Below the pieces are notes generated by a model that searched no databases, had not been told where the DNA came from, and saw only the letters and a list, made by a program, of their open reading frames with translations. The position numbers were made by a program, and so were the translations under genes. A stretch of DNA of 64,000 nucleotides from Escherichia coli (GTDB taxonomy: Bacteria; Pseudomonadota; Gammaproteobacteria; Enterobacterales; Enterobacteriaceae), in assembly GCF_051903065.1 (NCBI RefSeq), contig NZ_CP178438.1, one strand, 5' to 3'. Of this stretch, positions 52,469 through 64,000 are shown in pieces (within the stretch, counting starts at the first letter, position 1; each line of letters opens with the position of its first letter).

Positions 52469-52690
52469 TTTAATGTTATATCTGCCCCGCTAAAACGGGG
52501 CAGATAATATGTTTAGTTTACTGACGGTCATTTTGCAGTGAAGCCATTTACTGTTTTTTATCGACCAGATAATCTGTTCTCTGATGGTAATTCCCCCCTA
52601 ACCTGTTGCTTTAGTTATTCATTTCCTGTCTCACTTTGCCTTAATACCCTACGTTAAATGTTACTAATTTGTTGTTTTTGATCACAATAA

Positions 52691-53782
<1,092 letters not shown>

Positions 53783-53800
53783 CGCAAAGGAATTGAGCGG

Positions 53801-55069
53801 ATGTATGATTTTGTGATTATTGGCGGTGGCATCATCGGCATGTCGACCGCCATGCAACTGATTGATGTCTACCCGGATGCCCGCATTGCGTTGCTGGAGA
53901 AAGAGTCCGGCCCGGCCTGTCACCAGACGGGCCACAACAGCGGCGTGATCCATGCCGGGGTTTATTACACGCCCGGCAGTCTGAAGGCGCAGTTTTGCCT
54001 GGCGGGAAACCGCGCCACCAAAGCCTTTTGCGATCAAAACGGCATTCGCTACGACAACTGCGGCAAGATGCTGGTCGCCACGTCTGAACTCGAAATGGAA
54101 CGGATGCGCGCCTTATGGGAACGCACGGCCGCGAACGGTATCGAGCGCGAGTGGTTAAACGCCGATGAACTGCGCGAGCGCGAACCGAATATCACCGGGC
54201 TTGGCGGTATTTTTGTGCCGTCCAGCGGCATTGTCAGCTACCGCGAAGTCACGGCGGCGATGGCAAAAATCTTCCAGGCCAGAGGCGGCGAGATTATCTA
54301 TAACGCCGAAGTCAGCGGCCTTAGTGAGCATAAAAACGGCGTGGTGATACGTACCCGTCAGGGTGGCGAATACGAAGCGTCAACGCTGATTAGCTGTTCC
54401 GGGCTGATGGCTGACCGGCTGGTGAAAATGCTCGGCCTCGAACCGGGCTTTATTATCTGCCCGTTCCGTGGCGAGTATTTCCGCCTGGTGCCGGAGCATA
54501 ACCAGATTGTTAACCACCTGATTTACCCCATCCCCGACCCGGCAATGCCGTTTTTAGGCGTTCATCTCACCCGCATGATCGACGGTAGCGTCACCGTTGG
54601 GCCAAACGCAGTGCTGGCGTTCAAACGCGAAGGCTATCGCAAGCGCGACTTCTCGTTTAGCGACACGCTGGAGATTTTAGGCTCGTCGGGGATTCGCCGG
54701 GTGCTGCAAAACCATCTACGCTCAGGACTGGGCGAGATGAAAAACTCGCTGTGCAAAAGCGGCTATCTGCGGCTGGTGCAAAAGTATTGTCCCCGGCTTT
54801 CGTTAAGCGATCTCCAGCCCTGGCCCGCCGGTGTGCGGGCGCAGGCGGTATCGCCGGACGGCAAGCTGATTGACGATTTTCTGTTTGTCACTACCCCGCG
54901 CACGATCCACACCTGCAATGCGCCCTCCCCGGCAGCGACATCAGCAATTCCTATTGGTGCGCATATTGTCAGCAAGGTACAAACGCTGTTGGCAAGCCAG
55001 AGTAACCCCGGACGCACGCTGCGAGCGGCACGTAGTGTGGATGCCTTACACGCCGCATTTAATCAATAA
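53801..55069 (+). CDS. lhgO: L-2-hydroxyglutarate oxidase/dehydrogenase
   Basis: 422-aa FAD enzyme, MYDFVIIGGGIIGMSTA. Confidence 0.9.
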   Translation: MYDFVIIGGGIIGMSTAMQLIDVYPDARIALLEKESGPACHQTGHNSGVIHAGVYYTPGSLKAQFCLAGNRATKAFCDQNGIRYDNCGKMLVATSELEMERMRALWERTAANGIEREWLNADELREREPNITGLGGIFVPSSGIVSYREVTAAMAKIFQARGGEIIYNAEVSGLSEHKNGVVIRTRQGGEYEASTLISCSGLMADRLVKMLGLEPGFIICPFRGEYFRLVPEHNQIVNHLIYPIPDPAMPFLGVHLTRMIDGSVTVGPNAVLAFKREGYRKRDFSFSDTLEILGSSGIRRVLQNHLRSGLGEMKNSLCKSGYLRLVQKYCPRLSLSDLQPWPAGVRAQAVSPDGKLIDDFLFVTTPRTIHTCNAPSPAATSAIPIGAHIVSKVQTLLASQSNPGRTLRAARSVDALHAAFNQ

Positions 55070-55091
55070 CCTTTGTAAACAGGATGTAGCG

Positions 55092-56540
55092 ATGAAACTG
55101 AACGACAGTAACTTATTCCGCCAGCAGGCGTTGATTAACGGGGAATGGCTGGACGCCAACAATGGTGAAGTCATCGACGTCACCAATCCGGCGAACGGCG
55201 ACAAGCTGGGTAGCGTGCCGAAAATGGGCGCAGATGAAACCCGCGCCGCTATCGACGCCGCCAACCGCACCCTGCCCGCATGGCGTGCGCTCACCGCCAA
55301 AGAACGCGCCAACATTCTGCGCAACTGGTTCAATTTGATGATGGAGCATCAGGACGATTTAGCGCGCCTGATGACCCTCGAACAGGGTAAACCGCTGGCT
55401 GAAGCGAAAGGCGAAATCAGCTACGCCGCCTCTTTTATTGAGTGGTTTGCCGAAGAAGGCAAACGCATTTATGGCGACACCATTCCCGGTCATCAGGCCG
55501 ATAAGCGCCTGATTGTTATCAAGCAGCCGATTGGCGTCACCGCGGCCATCACACCATGGAACTTCCCGGCGGCGATGATTACCCGTAAAGCCGGCCCGGC
55601 GCTGGCGGCAGGCTGCACCATGGTGCTGAAGCCCGCCAGTCAAACGCCGTTCTCTGCGTTGGCGCTGGCGGAGCTGGCGATCCGCGCGGGCATTCCGGCA
55701 GGCGTGTTTAACGTGGTCACCGGTTCGGCGGGCGCGGTGGGTAACGAACTGACCAGCAATCCGCTGGTGCGCAAACTGTCGTTTACCGGTTCGACCGAAA
55801 TTGGCCGCCAGTTAATGGAACAGTGCGCGAAAGACATCAAAAAAGTGTCGCTGGAGCTGGGCGGCAACGCGCCGTTTATCGTCTTTGACGATGCCGATCT
55901 CGATAAAGCCGTGGAAGGCGCACTGGCTTCGAAATTCCGCAACGCCGGGCAAACCTGCGTCTGCGCCAACCGTTTATATGTGCAGGACGGCGTGTATGAC
56001 CGCTTTGCCGAAAAATTGCAGCAGGCGGTGAGCAAACTGCATATCGGCGACGGGCTGGAGAAAGGCGTCACCATCGGGCCGCTGATCGATGAAAAAGCGG
56101 TAGCAAAAGTGGAAGAGCATATTGCCGATGCGCTGGAGAAAGGCGCGCGCGTGGTTTGCGGCGGTAAAGCGGATGAACGCGGCGGCAACTTCTTCCAGCC
56201 GACCATTCTGGTGGACGTTCCAGCCAACGCCAAAGTCTCGAAAGAAGAGACGTTCGGCCCCCTCGCCCCGCTGTTCCGCTTTAAAGATGAAGCCGATGTG
56301 ATTGCGCAAGCCAATGACACCGAGTTTGGCCTTGCCGCCTATTTCTACGCCCGTGATTTAAGCCGCGTCTTCCGCGTGGGCGAAGCGCTGGAGTACGGCA
56401 TCGTCGGCATCAATACCGGCATTATTTCCAATGAAGTGGCCCCGTTCGGCGGCATCAAAGCCTCGGGTCTGGGTCGTGAAGGTTCGAAGTATGGCATCGA
56501 AGATTACTTAGAAATCAAATATATGTGCATTGGTCTTTAA
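55092..56540 (+). CDS. gabD: Succinate-semialdehyde dehydrogenase (NADP+)
   Basis: 482-aa aldehyde dehydrogenase starting MKLNDSNLFRQQALINGEW. Confidence 0.92.
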   Translation: MKLNDSNLFRQQALINGEWLDANNGEVIDVTNPANGDKLGSVPKMGADETRAAIDAANRTLPAWRALTAKERANILRNWFNLMMEHQDDLARLMTLEQGKPLAEAKGEISYAASFIEWFAEEGKRIYGDTIPGHQADKRLIVIKQPIGVTAAITPWNFPAAMITRKAGPALAAGCTMVLKPASQTPFSALALAELAIRAGIPAGVFNVVTGSAGAVGNELTSNPLVRKLSFTGSTEIGRQLMEQCAKDIKKVSLELGGNAPFIVFDDADLDKAVEGALASKFRNAGQTCVCANRLYVQDGVYDRFAEKLQQAVSKLHIGDGLEKGVTIGPLIDEKAVAKVEEHIADALEKGARVVCGGKADERGGNFFQPTILVDVPANAKVSKEETFGPLAPLFRFKDEADVIAQANDTEFGLAAYFYARDLSRVFRVGEALEYGIVGINTGIISNEVAPFGGIKASGLGREGSKYGIEDYLEIKYMCIGL

Positions 56541-56553
56541 CTGGAGAACGCGA

Positions 56554-57834
56554 ATGAGCAGCAATAAAGAGTTAATGCAGCGCCGCAGTCAGGCAGTTCC
56601 TCGTGGCGTTGGGCAAATTCACCCCATTTTCGCTGATCGCGCGGAAAACTGCCGGGTGTGGGACGTTGAAGGCCGTGAGTATCTTGATTTCGCGGGCGGC
56701 ATTGCGGTGCTCAATACCGGGCACCTGCATCCTAAAGTGGTTGCGGCGGTGGAAGCGCAGTTGAAAAAATTGTCGCACACCTGCTTCCAGGTGCTGGCTT
56801 ACGAGCCGTATCTGGAGCTGTGCGAGATTATGAATCAGAAGGTGCCGGGCGATTTTGCCAAGAAAACGCTACTGGTCACCACGGGTTCCGAAGCGGTGGA
56901 AAACGCGGTGAAAATCGCCCGCGCCGCCACCAAACGTAGCGGAACTATCGCCTTTAGCGGCGCGTACCACGGGCGCACGCATTACACGCTGGCGCTGACC
57001 GGCAAGGTGAATCCGTACTCTGCGGGCATGGGGCTGATGCCTGGGCACGTTTATCGCGCGCTTTATCCTTGCCCGCTGCACGGCATCAGTGAAGATGACG
57101 CTATCGCCAGCATTCACCGAATTTTTAAAAATGATGCTGCGCCGGAAGATATCGCCGCCATCGTGATTGAGCCGGTTCAGGGCGAAGGCGGTTTCTACGC
57201 CGCGACGCCAGCCTTTATGCAGCGTTTACGCGCGCTGTGTGACGAGCACGGGATCATGCTGATTGCCGATGAAGTGCAGAGCGGCGCGGGGCGTACCGGC
57301 ACGCTGTTTGCGATGGAGCAGATGGGCGTTGCGCCGGATCTTACCACCTTTGCGAAATCGATCGCGGGCGGTTTCCCGCTGGCGGGCGTCACCGGGCGCG
57401 CGGAAGTGATGGATGCCGTCGCTCCAGGCGGTCTGGGCGGAACCTATGCCGGTAACCCGATTGCCTGCGTAGCTGCGCTGGAAGTGTTGAAGGTGTTTGA
57501 GCAGGAAAATCTGCTGCAAAAAGCCAACGATCTGGGGCAGAAGCTAAAAGACGGATTGCTGGCGATAGCCGAAAAACACCCGGAGATCGGCGACGTACGC
57601 GGCCTGGGAGCGATGATTGCCATCGAGCTGTTTGAAGATGGCGATCACAGCAAACCGGACGCCAAACTCACCGCCGAGATCGTGGCTCGCGCCCGCGATA
57701 AAGGCCTGATTCTTCTCTCCTGCGGCCCGTATTACAACGTGCTGCGCATCCTTGTACCGCTCACCATTGAAGACGCTCAGATCCGTCAGGGTCTGGAGAT
57801 CATCGGCCAGTGTTTTGCTGAGGCGAAGCAGTAG
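56554..57834 (+). CDS. gabT: 4-aminobutyrate aminotransferase
   Basis: 426-aa class-III aminotransferase starting MSSNKELMQRRSQAVPRGV. Confidence 0.92.
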   Translation: MSSNKELMQRRSQAVPRGVGQIHPIFADRAENCRVWDVEGREYLDFAGGIAVLNTGHLHPKVVAAVEAQLKKLSHTCFQVLAYEPYLELCEIMNQKVPGDFAKKTLLVTTGSEAVENAVKIARAATKRSGTIAFSGAYHGRTHYTLALTGKVNPYSAGMGLMPGHVYRALYPCPLHGISEDDAIASIHRIFKNDAAPEDIAAIVIEPVQGEGGFYAATPAFMQRLRALCDEHGIMLIADEVQSGAGRTGTLFAMEQMGVAPDLTTFAKSIAGGFPLAGVTGRAEVMDAVAPGGLGGTYAGNPIACVAALEVLKVFEQENLLQKANDLGQKLKDGLLAIAEKHPEIGDVRGLGAMIAIELFEDGDHSKPDAKLTAEIVARARDKGLILLSCGPYYNVLRILVPLTIEDAQIRQGLEIIGQCFAEAKQ

Positions 57835-57844
57835 CACCGCCCCC

Positions 57845-58110
57845 ATGCCGGAGGCGACGCTGCGCGTCTTGTCCGGCCTACAGGTATCAGGTCGGATAAG
57901 GCGTTTACGCCGCATCCGACATTCGGCGCACCATGCCGGAGGCGACGCTTACGCGTCTTGTCCGGCCTACGGAAATGTAGGTCGGATAAGGCGTTTACGC
58001 CGCATCCGACAATCGGCGCACCCATGCCGGAGGCGACGCTTTGCGTCTTGTCCGGCCTACGGGGATCCAGGTCGGATAAGGCGTTTACGCCGCATCCGAC
58101 AATCTGTACG
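57845..58110. repeat. REP/BIME palindromic element cluster (three units)
   Basis: Three copies of GCCGGATGCGGCGTAAACGCCTTATCCGACCTAC-type REP units in alternating orientation between gabT and gabP. Confidence 0.85.
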
Positions 58111-58250
58111 TGAACAGGAATAAATCTATGTTGGCCGGGTAAGGCGGAGCCGCTCTCCGGCAAAAAGAATCAATAACAATTAAACGCGTGACCCGACGCG
58201 GGAAATGTCGGGGCGCTCTCCCAAGTGACACACTTTCGAGAGGATTCAGG

Positions 58251-59651
58251 ATGGGGCAATCATCGCAACCACATGAGTTAGGCGGCGGGCTGAAGTCACG
58301 CCATGTCACCATGTTGTCTATTGCCGGTGTTATCGGCGCAAGTCTGTTTGTCGGTTCCAGCGTCGCCATCGCCGAAGCGGGCCCGGCGGTATTACTGGCC
58401 TATCTGTTCGCCGGGCTACTGGTGGTTATGATTATGCGGATGTTGGCGGAAATGGCGGTTGCCACGCCCGATACCGGTTCGTTTTCCACCTATGCCGATA
58501 AAGCCATTGGTCGCTGGGCGGGCTATACCATCGGCTGGTTGTACTGGTGGTTTTGGGTACTGGTTATCCCGCTGGAAGCCAACATCGCCGCCATGATCCT
58601 GCACTCGTGGGTTCCAGGCATTCCCATCTGGTTATTTTCCCTCGTCATTACCCTTGCCTTAACTGGCAGTAATTTATTAAGCGTTAAAAACTACGGCGAA
58701 TTTGAGTTCTGGCTGGCGCTGTGCAAAGTCATCGCTATCTTGGCCTTTATTTTCCTTGGTGCAGTCGCAATTAGCGGTTTTTACCCGTATGCCGACGTGA
58801 GCGGGATCTCAAGATTGTGGGATAGCGGCGGCTTTATGCCCAACGGCTTCGGTGCGGTATTAAGCGCGATGTTGATCACCATGTTCTCGTTTATGGGCGC
58901 AGAAATTGTCACCATTGCCGCCGCGGAATCCGACACGCCGGAAAAACATATTGTCCGCGCTACCAACTCGGTTATCTGGCGTATTTCTATCTTCTATTTG
59001 TGCTCTATTTTTGTCGTAGTGGCGTTAATACCGTGGAATATGCCGGGGCTGAAAGCCGTTGGTTCTTATCGCTCGGTTCTGGAATTGCTCAATATTCCCC
59101 ATGCGAAATTAATCATGGACTGCGTGATATTACTTTCCGTAACCAGCTGTCTGAACTCGGCGCTGTATACCGCGTCAAGGATGCTCTACTCCTTAAGCCG
59201 TCGCGGTGATGCGCCCGCGGTAATGGGCAAAATCAATCGCAGTAAAACCCCGTATGTGGCGGTGTTACTCTCCACCGGAGCGGCATTTTTAACGGTGGTG
59301 GTGAACTATTACGCACCTGCGAAAGTGTTTAAATTCCTGATAGACAGCTCCGGTGCTATCGCCCTGCTGGTTTATTTAGTCATCGCCGTTTCACAGTTGC
59401 GGATGCGTAAAATTCTGCGAGCAGAAGGAAGCGAAATTCGCTTGCGCATGTGGCTTTACCCGTGGCTCACCTGGCTGGTAATAGGCTTTATTACCTTTGT
59501 GTTGGTGGTGATGTTATTCCGCCCGGCGCAACAGTTAGAAGTGATCTCTACCGGCTTATTAGCGATAGGGATTATCTGTACCGTGCCGATTATGGCGCGC
59601 TGGAAAAAGCTGGTATTGTGGCAAAAAACACCCGTTCATAATACGCGCTGA
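58251..59651 (+). CDS. gabP: GABA permease (APC family)
   Basis: 466-aa multi-TM transporter starting MGQSSQPHELGGGLKSRHVTML. Confidence 0.92.
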   Translation: MGQSSQPHELGGGLKSRHVTMLSIAGVIGASLFVGSSVAIAEAGPAVLLAYLFAGLLVVMIMRMLAEMAVATPDTGSFSTYADKAIGRWAGYTIGWLYWWFWVLVIPLEANIAAMILHSWVPGIPIWLFSLVITLALTGSNLLSVKNYGEFEFWLALCKVIAILAFIFLGAVAISGFYPYADVSGISRLWDSGGFMPNGFGAVLSAMLITMFSFMGAEIVTIAAAESDTPEKHIVRATNSVIWRISIFYLCSIFVVVALIPWNMPGLKAVGSYRSVLELLNIPHAKLIMDCVILLSVTSCLNSALYTASRMLYSLSRRGDAPAVMGKINRSKTPYVAVLLSTGAAFLTVVVNYYAPAKVFKFLIDSSGAIALLVYLVIAVSQLRMRKILRAEGSEIRLRMWLYPWLTWLVIGFITFVLVVMLFRPAQQLEVISTGLLAIGIICTVPIMARWKKLVLWQKTPVHNTR

Positions 59652-59671
59652 TAATGATCAGGAGTCACACC

Positions 59672-60334
59672 ATGACCATTACGTCTCTGGATGGCTATCG
59701 CTGGCTGAAGAACGATATTATTCGCGGTAATTTTCAACCGGATGAAAAATTACGAATGAGTTTGCTGACATCGCGTTATGCACTTGGCGTTGGGCCGTTA
59801 CGGGAAGCTCTTTCGCAACTGGTGGCGGAACGGCTGGTCACGGTGGTGAATCAAAAAGGGTATCGGGTGGCGTCTATGTCAGAGCAGGAGCTGCTCGATA
59901 TTTTCGACGCCCGCGCCAATATGGAAGCGATGTTAGTGAGTCTGGCGATTGCCCGCGGTGGCGATGAGTGGGAGGCAGACGTTCTCGCAAAAGCGCATCT
60001 GCTGAGTAAGCTTGAGGCCTGTGACGCCAGCGAGAAAATGCTTGATGAGTGGGATCTGCGTCATCAGGCGTTTCATACTGCAATTGTGGCGGGCTGTGGT
60101 TCTCACTATTTGCTGCAAATGCGTGAACGGTTGTTTGATCTGGCGGCGCGTTATCGATTTATCTGGCTGCGGCGAACGGTGCTTTCGGTGGAAATGCTGG
60201 AGGATAAACACGATCAGCACCAGACCCTGACTGCGGCGGTACTGGCGCGAGATACCGCGCGCGCCAGTGAGTTAATGTGCCAGCATTTACTGACGCCAAT
60301 TCCCATTATCCAGCAGGCGATGGCTGGCAATTAA
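59672..60334 (+). CDS. csiR: GntR-family transcriptional repressor CsiR
   Basis: 220-aa ORF starting MTITSLDGYRWLKNDIIRGNF. Confidence 0.88.
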   Translation: MTITSLDGYRWLKNDIIRGNFQPDEKLRMSLLTSRYALGVGPLREALSQLVAERLVTVVNQKGYRVASMSEQELLDIFDARANMEAMLVSLAIARGGDEWEADVLAKAHLLSKLEACDASEKMLDEWDLRHQAFHTAIVAGCGSHYLLQMRERLFDLAARYRFIWLRRTVLSVEMLEDKHDQHQTLTAAVLARDTARASELMCQHLLTPIPIIQQAMAGN

Positions 60335-60784
60335 CTACTCTTCAGGAATACGCAACACTTGCCCCGGGTAAATTTTATCCGGGCTTTTTAGCATCGGTTT
60401 ATTCGCTTCGAAGATTTTATTGTACAGATTGGCGTTACCGTAGACCTGTTTGGAAATGGCACTCAGAGTGTCGCCAGACTTAACGGTATAAAACTGGCTG
60501 GCAGTGGCTGGTGTCGCCGTTTTCACCTGATCATCGACACTGGCAATACCGGAAATATTCCCCACCGCAACAAGGATTTTCTCCTTCGCCTCCTGACTCA
60601 GGCCGTCACCAGTGACCGTCGCTTTGCCGTCGGCAATTTGAATGTTCACTTTATCGGCATCCGGTATACCGGTTTTGTTCAGATGCTCCTGCACCTTCTT
60701 CGCCTGATCGTCTTTATCGTGCTGACCTGTAACCGCGTCCCAGAGTTTTTCTCCGGCATCTTTCACAAAATTGAACAGACCCAT
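60335..60784 (-). CDS. ygaU: LysM/BON-domain protein YgaU
   Basis: [15 protein letters not shown]... with C-terminal LysM ([18 protein letters not shown]). Confidence 0.88.
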
Positions 60785-60867
60785 AGCTACCTCATTCGTT
60801 AACGGAAACACTCAGAAAGTGTAGCAGAGGAACGCGGCGCGTTAACGCCGCGGGGATGAGCACAGGT

Positions 60868-61026
60868 TTAATCGCGGGTTTGCACCCAGAACGCGTGAAT
60901 CAAACCGGGGATATACCCAAGCAGTGTCAGCAGAATATTAATAATGAACGCCCAACCGAACCCTTTACCGAGCAGCACGCCGAGCGGCGGCAGAATGATG
61001 GTGATGACGATTCTCCAGAAACCCAT
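60868..61026 (-). CDS. yqaE: Small membrane protein YqaE (Pmp3/UPF0057 family)
   Basis: Minus-strand 52-aa ORF MGFWRIVITIILPPLGVLLGKGFGW..., hand-translated; not in the ORF track because it is under 60 aa. Confidence 0.8.
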   Translation of the reverse strand: MGFWRIVITIILPPLGVLLGKGFGWAFIINILLTLLGYIPGLIHAFWVQTRD

Positions 61027-61208
61027 ATGTACTCCCTATAAGAAAATTACTCATTGTTTAAAAAGAGATTTTATCTCTTAAGCGTAGTAATTTTAGCGGA
61101 GGCTGCCAGTTTCAGCTTACGCTTTTACTCTCATTTACGCTGCTGATGCTGGTATATGTTGCATTTTTAGTTTAGAGTTTACTTAATTTAGAAAATACTT
61201 AAATAAAT

Positions 61209-61508
61209 ATGACTGAACTCGCGCAATTACAGGCCAGTGCCGAACAGGCAGCGGCCTTATTGAAAGCAATGAGCCACCCTAAACGGTTGCTGATTCTGTG
61301 CATGCTTAGCGGTTCCCCCGGCACCAGCGCGGGAGAGCTGACGCGCATTACCGGACTGAGTGCCTCTGCGACATCACAGCATCTCGCCCGTATGCGGGAC
61401 GAAGGGCTTATCGACAGCCAACGGGATGCCCAACGCATTCTATATTCCATTAAAAATGAGGCGGTAAATGCCATTATCGCCACCCTGAAAAATGTCTATT
61501 GTCCGTAA
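61209..61508 (+). CDS. ygaV: ArsR-family transcriptional regulator
   Basis: 99-aa HTH ORF; upstream of ygaP. Confidence 0.85.
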   Translation: MTELAQLQASAEQAAALLKAMSHPKRLLILCMLSGSPGTSAGELTRITGLSASATSQHLARMRDEGLIDSQRDAQRILYSIKNEAVNAIIATLKNVYCP

Positions 61509-61517
61509 GGAGTCACT

Positions 61518-62036
61518 ATGGCTTTGACAACCATTTCGCCGCATGATGCACAAGAATTAATCGCACGCGGCGCAAAGTTAATCGATATTCGTGACGCTGA
61601 TGAATATCTTCGTGAACATATTCCTGAAGCAGATCTGGCTCCATTATCCGTGCTGGAACAGTCAGGTCTCCCGGCTAAATTACGTCGCGAGCAAATTATA
61701 TTCCACTGCCAGGCAGGTAAACGCACCAGTAATAACGCCGATAAATTAGCAGCGATTGCCGCCCCCGCAGAAATCTTTTTACTCGAAGATGGGATTGATG
61801 GCTGGAAAAAAGCAGGATTGCCAGTAGCGGTAAATAAATCTCAACCCTTGCCGTTAATGCGCCAGGTGCAGATCGCTGCGGGTGGTTTAATATTAATCGG
61901 CGTTGTACTGGGTTATACCGTAAATAGCGGTTTCTTCTTATTAAGCGGCTTTGTTGGTGCCGGGTTACTGTTTGCAGGAATTAGCGGTTTTTGTGGGATG
62001 GCAAGGTTGTTAGATAAGATGCCGTGGAACCAATGA
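61518..62036 (+). CDS. ygaP: Membrane-anchored rhodanese-domain protein
   Basis: Rhodanese active-site Cys (HCQAGKRTS) plus C-terminal TM helices. Confidence 0.85.
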   Translation: MALTTISPHDAQELIARGAKLIDIRDADEYLREHIPEADLAPLSVLEQSGLPAKLRREQIIFHCQAGKRTSNNADKLAAIAAPAEIFLLEDGIDGWKKAGLPVAVNKSQPLPLMRQVQIAAGGLILIGVVLGYTVNSGFFLLSGFVGAGLLFAGISGFCGMARLLDKMPWNQ

Positions 62037-62088
62037 GCTTGAGAAGCGACGCCGGACGCGCCATAGCAGCGACATCCGGCCTCAGTAA

Positions 62089-62493
62089 TTAGATCAGGAA
62101 ATCGTCGAGAGATTTACCTTCTGCCAGCGCCTGAGCGATTGGCTTCGGTGTACGGCCCTGACCGGTCCAGGTTTTAGTTTCACCGTTAACATCGGTGAAT
62201 TTATATTTCGCCGGACGCGGCTGGCGTTTTTTACCAGCACGTGGTGCAGCAGCAGAGCTATTACCCAATAACTCTTCCGGGTTAATTCCGTCAGCTTTCA
62301 TCAGCTCCAGCCAGGTGCTAATTTTTTCCTGGCGCTCTGCCAGTTCACGCTGCTGCTGTTCTTCTTCTTCACGTCTTTCTTTAGTGACAACCCTGAATTT
62401 TTCGAGCATTTCTTCAAGAACGTCAATGGAGAATTCGCGAGCCATCGCACGGAGGGTGCGAATGTTATTTAAACTTTGTAACATTACGGACAT
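62089..62493 (-). CDS. stpA: H-NS paralogue StpA
   Basis: 134-aa ORF with H-NS-type C-terminal DNA-binding motif ([10 protein letters not shown]). Confidence 0.92.
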   Translation of the reverse strand: MSVMLQSLNNIRTLRAMAREFSIDVLEEMLEKFRVVTKERREEEEQQQRELAERQEKISTWLELMKADGINPEELLGNSSAAAPRAGKKRQPRPAKYKFTDVNGETKTWTGQGRTPKPIAQALAEGKSLDDFLI

Positions 62494-63160
62494 AATAAAG
62501 AAAACCTTTTAACGCCAAAACAAAAAAGTATTTCGTCGCGTAGTGTAAGCGATCACTTATTATATTTCCACAAAATTTAATCTATTTACAGTCCTGCGCG
62601 AGATTATTTCAGCTGTTATTTTCTGAAACTCTCAGAATAATTTCAAGATTATATATTAGCCATTTTGATGAGTAATTTAGGTTATTGGTGAACAGAGTGG
62701 CGCTCTCTGCTCGCTAATTCCGCAAGCCTGACAAAACCGAAGTGAATAAAAATGCAATATAACAGAATAAAAGAAAACACCACTCACTGGTGCTTTCTGC
62801 TGTTAATGTACATTTTCTGGCATAAAAAATGCTGTAAATGACCCGGTCACGACATACACCGAATTCTCTACGCTTATAGCGTTACCTCACCCCCAAACTT
62901 TCATTAGTGAAATTAAAGGAAAGGTCATATCTAATTGATTTAATTGAAAATAAATCATATCGGCATGTAAAAATCCACAATGTACAAAAAACGAGCCGTT
63001 ACGGAATATTTTATCTACAAAAACTGACTAAATAAAAATTTTTCACTAATTGATTAGTCATAGTCAGCGATATACGCTATGCGAAAATGCAGATGGCAAT
63101 GAGATCCACTGCTTTCATCTCCATTAACATCCCATTACGCTTTTATTAAGGAGCATTAGC

Positions 63161-63610
63161 ATGTTCTCACCGCAGTCACGCTTGCGTCATGCAGTTGCAG
63201 ATACGTTCGCGATGGTTGTTTACTGTTCTGTCGTGAACATGTGTATTGAAGTTTTCCTCTCCGGAATGAGCTTCGAACAGTCTTTTTATTCCAGATTGGT
63301 AGCGATTCCGGTGAACATCTTAATTGCATGGCCATACGGTATGTACCGCGATCTGTTTATGCGCGCGGCACGCAAAGTTAGCCCGTCGGGCTGGATAAAA
63401 AATCTGGCGGATATCCTGGCTTATGTGACGTTCCAGTCACCGGTGTATGTGGCGATCTTGTTAGTGGTGGGCGCAGACTGGCATCAGATTATGGCGGCAG
63501 TCAGTTCAAACATCGTTGTTTCGATGTTGATGGGGGCGGTTTATGGCTACTTCCTCGATTATTGCCGCCGACTGTTTAAAGTCAGCCATTACCAGCAGGT
63601 AAAAGCCTGA
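63161..63610 (+). CDS. alaE: L-alanine exporter AlaE
   Basis: 149-aa small membrane protein [21 protein letters not shown]. Confidence 0.88.
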   Translation: MFSPQSRLRHAVADTFAMVVYCSVVNMCIEVFLSGMSFEQSFYSRLVAIPVNILIAWPYGMYRDLFMRAARKVSPSGWIKNLADILAYVTFQSPVYVAILLVVGADWHQIMAAVSSNIVVSMLMGAVYGYFLDYCRRLFKVSHYQQVKA

Positions 63611-63620
63611 CTCTTCTTTT

Positions 63621-63643
63621 CGCGACTGGCATCGCCAGTCGCG
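63621..63643. terminator. Stem-loop between convergent alaE and ygaC
   Basis: CGCGACTGGC-ATC-GCCAGTCGCG perfect 10-bp stem; weak T tract. Confidence 0.5.
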
Positions 63644-63646
63644 TCT

Positions 63647-63991
63647 TTAACTGGCTTCGCCAAATAAACCATTCAAATAACGTTCAAGCGCAACACGCGA
63701 ACTAAAGCCATGCGGGATACCGTAATGCTCGTGTCGCTCGCCTGCTAAATAGAGCGGAAATTGTTGATAATGATCGCAAGTTTTAATATCGGAAGCGGGT
63801 TCAGCCAGTGTCGAACTACGTTCTTTTAATGTTGGATGAATTACCAGTGCGGTACGTCCCATTCGCGCTTCGCGATTAACATAGACATAATTTTCCCCAC
63901 GGCGGTAACCATACGCTTTCTGGGTTACCACATCGACAGTAAAACCGACTTTTTCAAGTACGCGCGCCACCTCGTCTGGTCGTAAATACAT
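63647..63991 (-). CDS. ygaC: Uncharacterised protein YgaC
   Basis: 114-aa ORF at the conserved position. Confidence 0.8.
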
Positions 63992-64000
63992 ATTTGATCC

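Noticed and set aside
57845-58110. Possible CRISPR array (regularly spaced repeats)
   Set aside because: Units are REP palindromes in alternating orientation with very short, similar spacers; no leader and no cas genes; BIME, not CRISPR.
62494-63160. Long AT-rich intergenic region upstream of stpA and alaE as a possible horizontally acquired or sRNA locus
   Set aside because: AT-rich curved DNA is expected at the promoter of an H-NS-family gene; no convincing ORF, repeat or RNA structure seen.

Overview
Enterobacterial (E. coli-like) chromosome. Core genes occupy 1-12.5 kb (dgcN 3' end, yfiB, rplS-trmD-rimM-rpsP, ffh, ypjD, corB, grpE, nadK, recN, bamE, ratBA, smpB, ssrA tmRNA). A roughly 33.5 kb P2/186-family prophage is inserted in the 3' end of ssrA (12454-45979), bounded by a 45-bp direct repeat of the tmRNA 3' end, with a complete late-gene set, an invertible tail-fibre segment with its own invertase, and a 186-type early region. 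Three AT-rich cargo loci sit at prophage variable positions: (i) a soluble protein plus a 4-TM protein next to the cos-like site (34510-36230), with no recognisable motif and the strongest candidate for an undescribed abortive-infection-type module; (ii) a kinase-like/cytidine-deaminase fusion between int and the distal att repeat (43955-45712); (iii) a small protein with WYL-like and BRCT-like segments between ssrA and ogr (12622-13104). Downstream lie an IS903-truncated autotransporter, an IS903/IS1 junction marking a deletion, then csiD-lhgO-gabDTP-csiR, ygaU, yqaE, ygaV, ygaP, stpA, alaE and ygaC. All calls rest on reading the supplied ORF translations and sequence by eye; no database search or computation was run.
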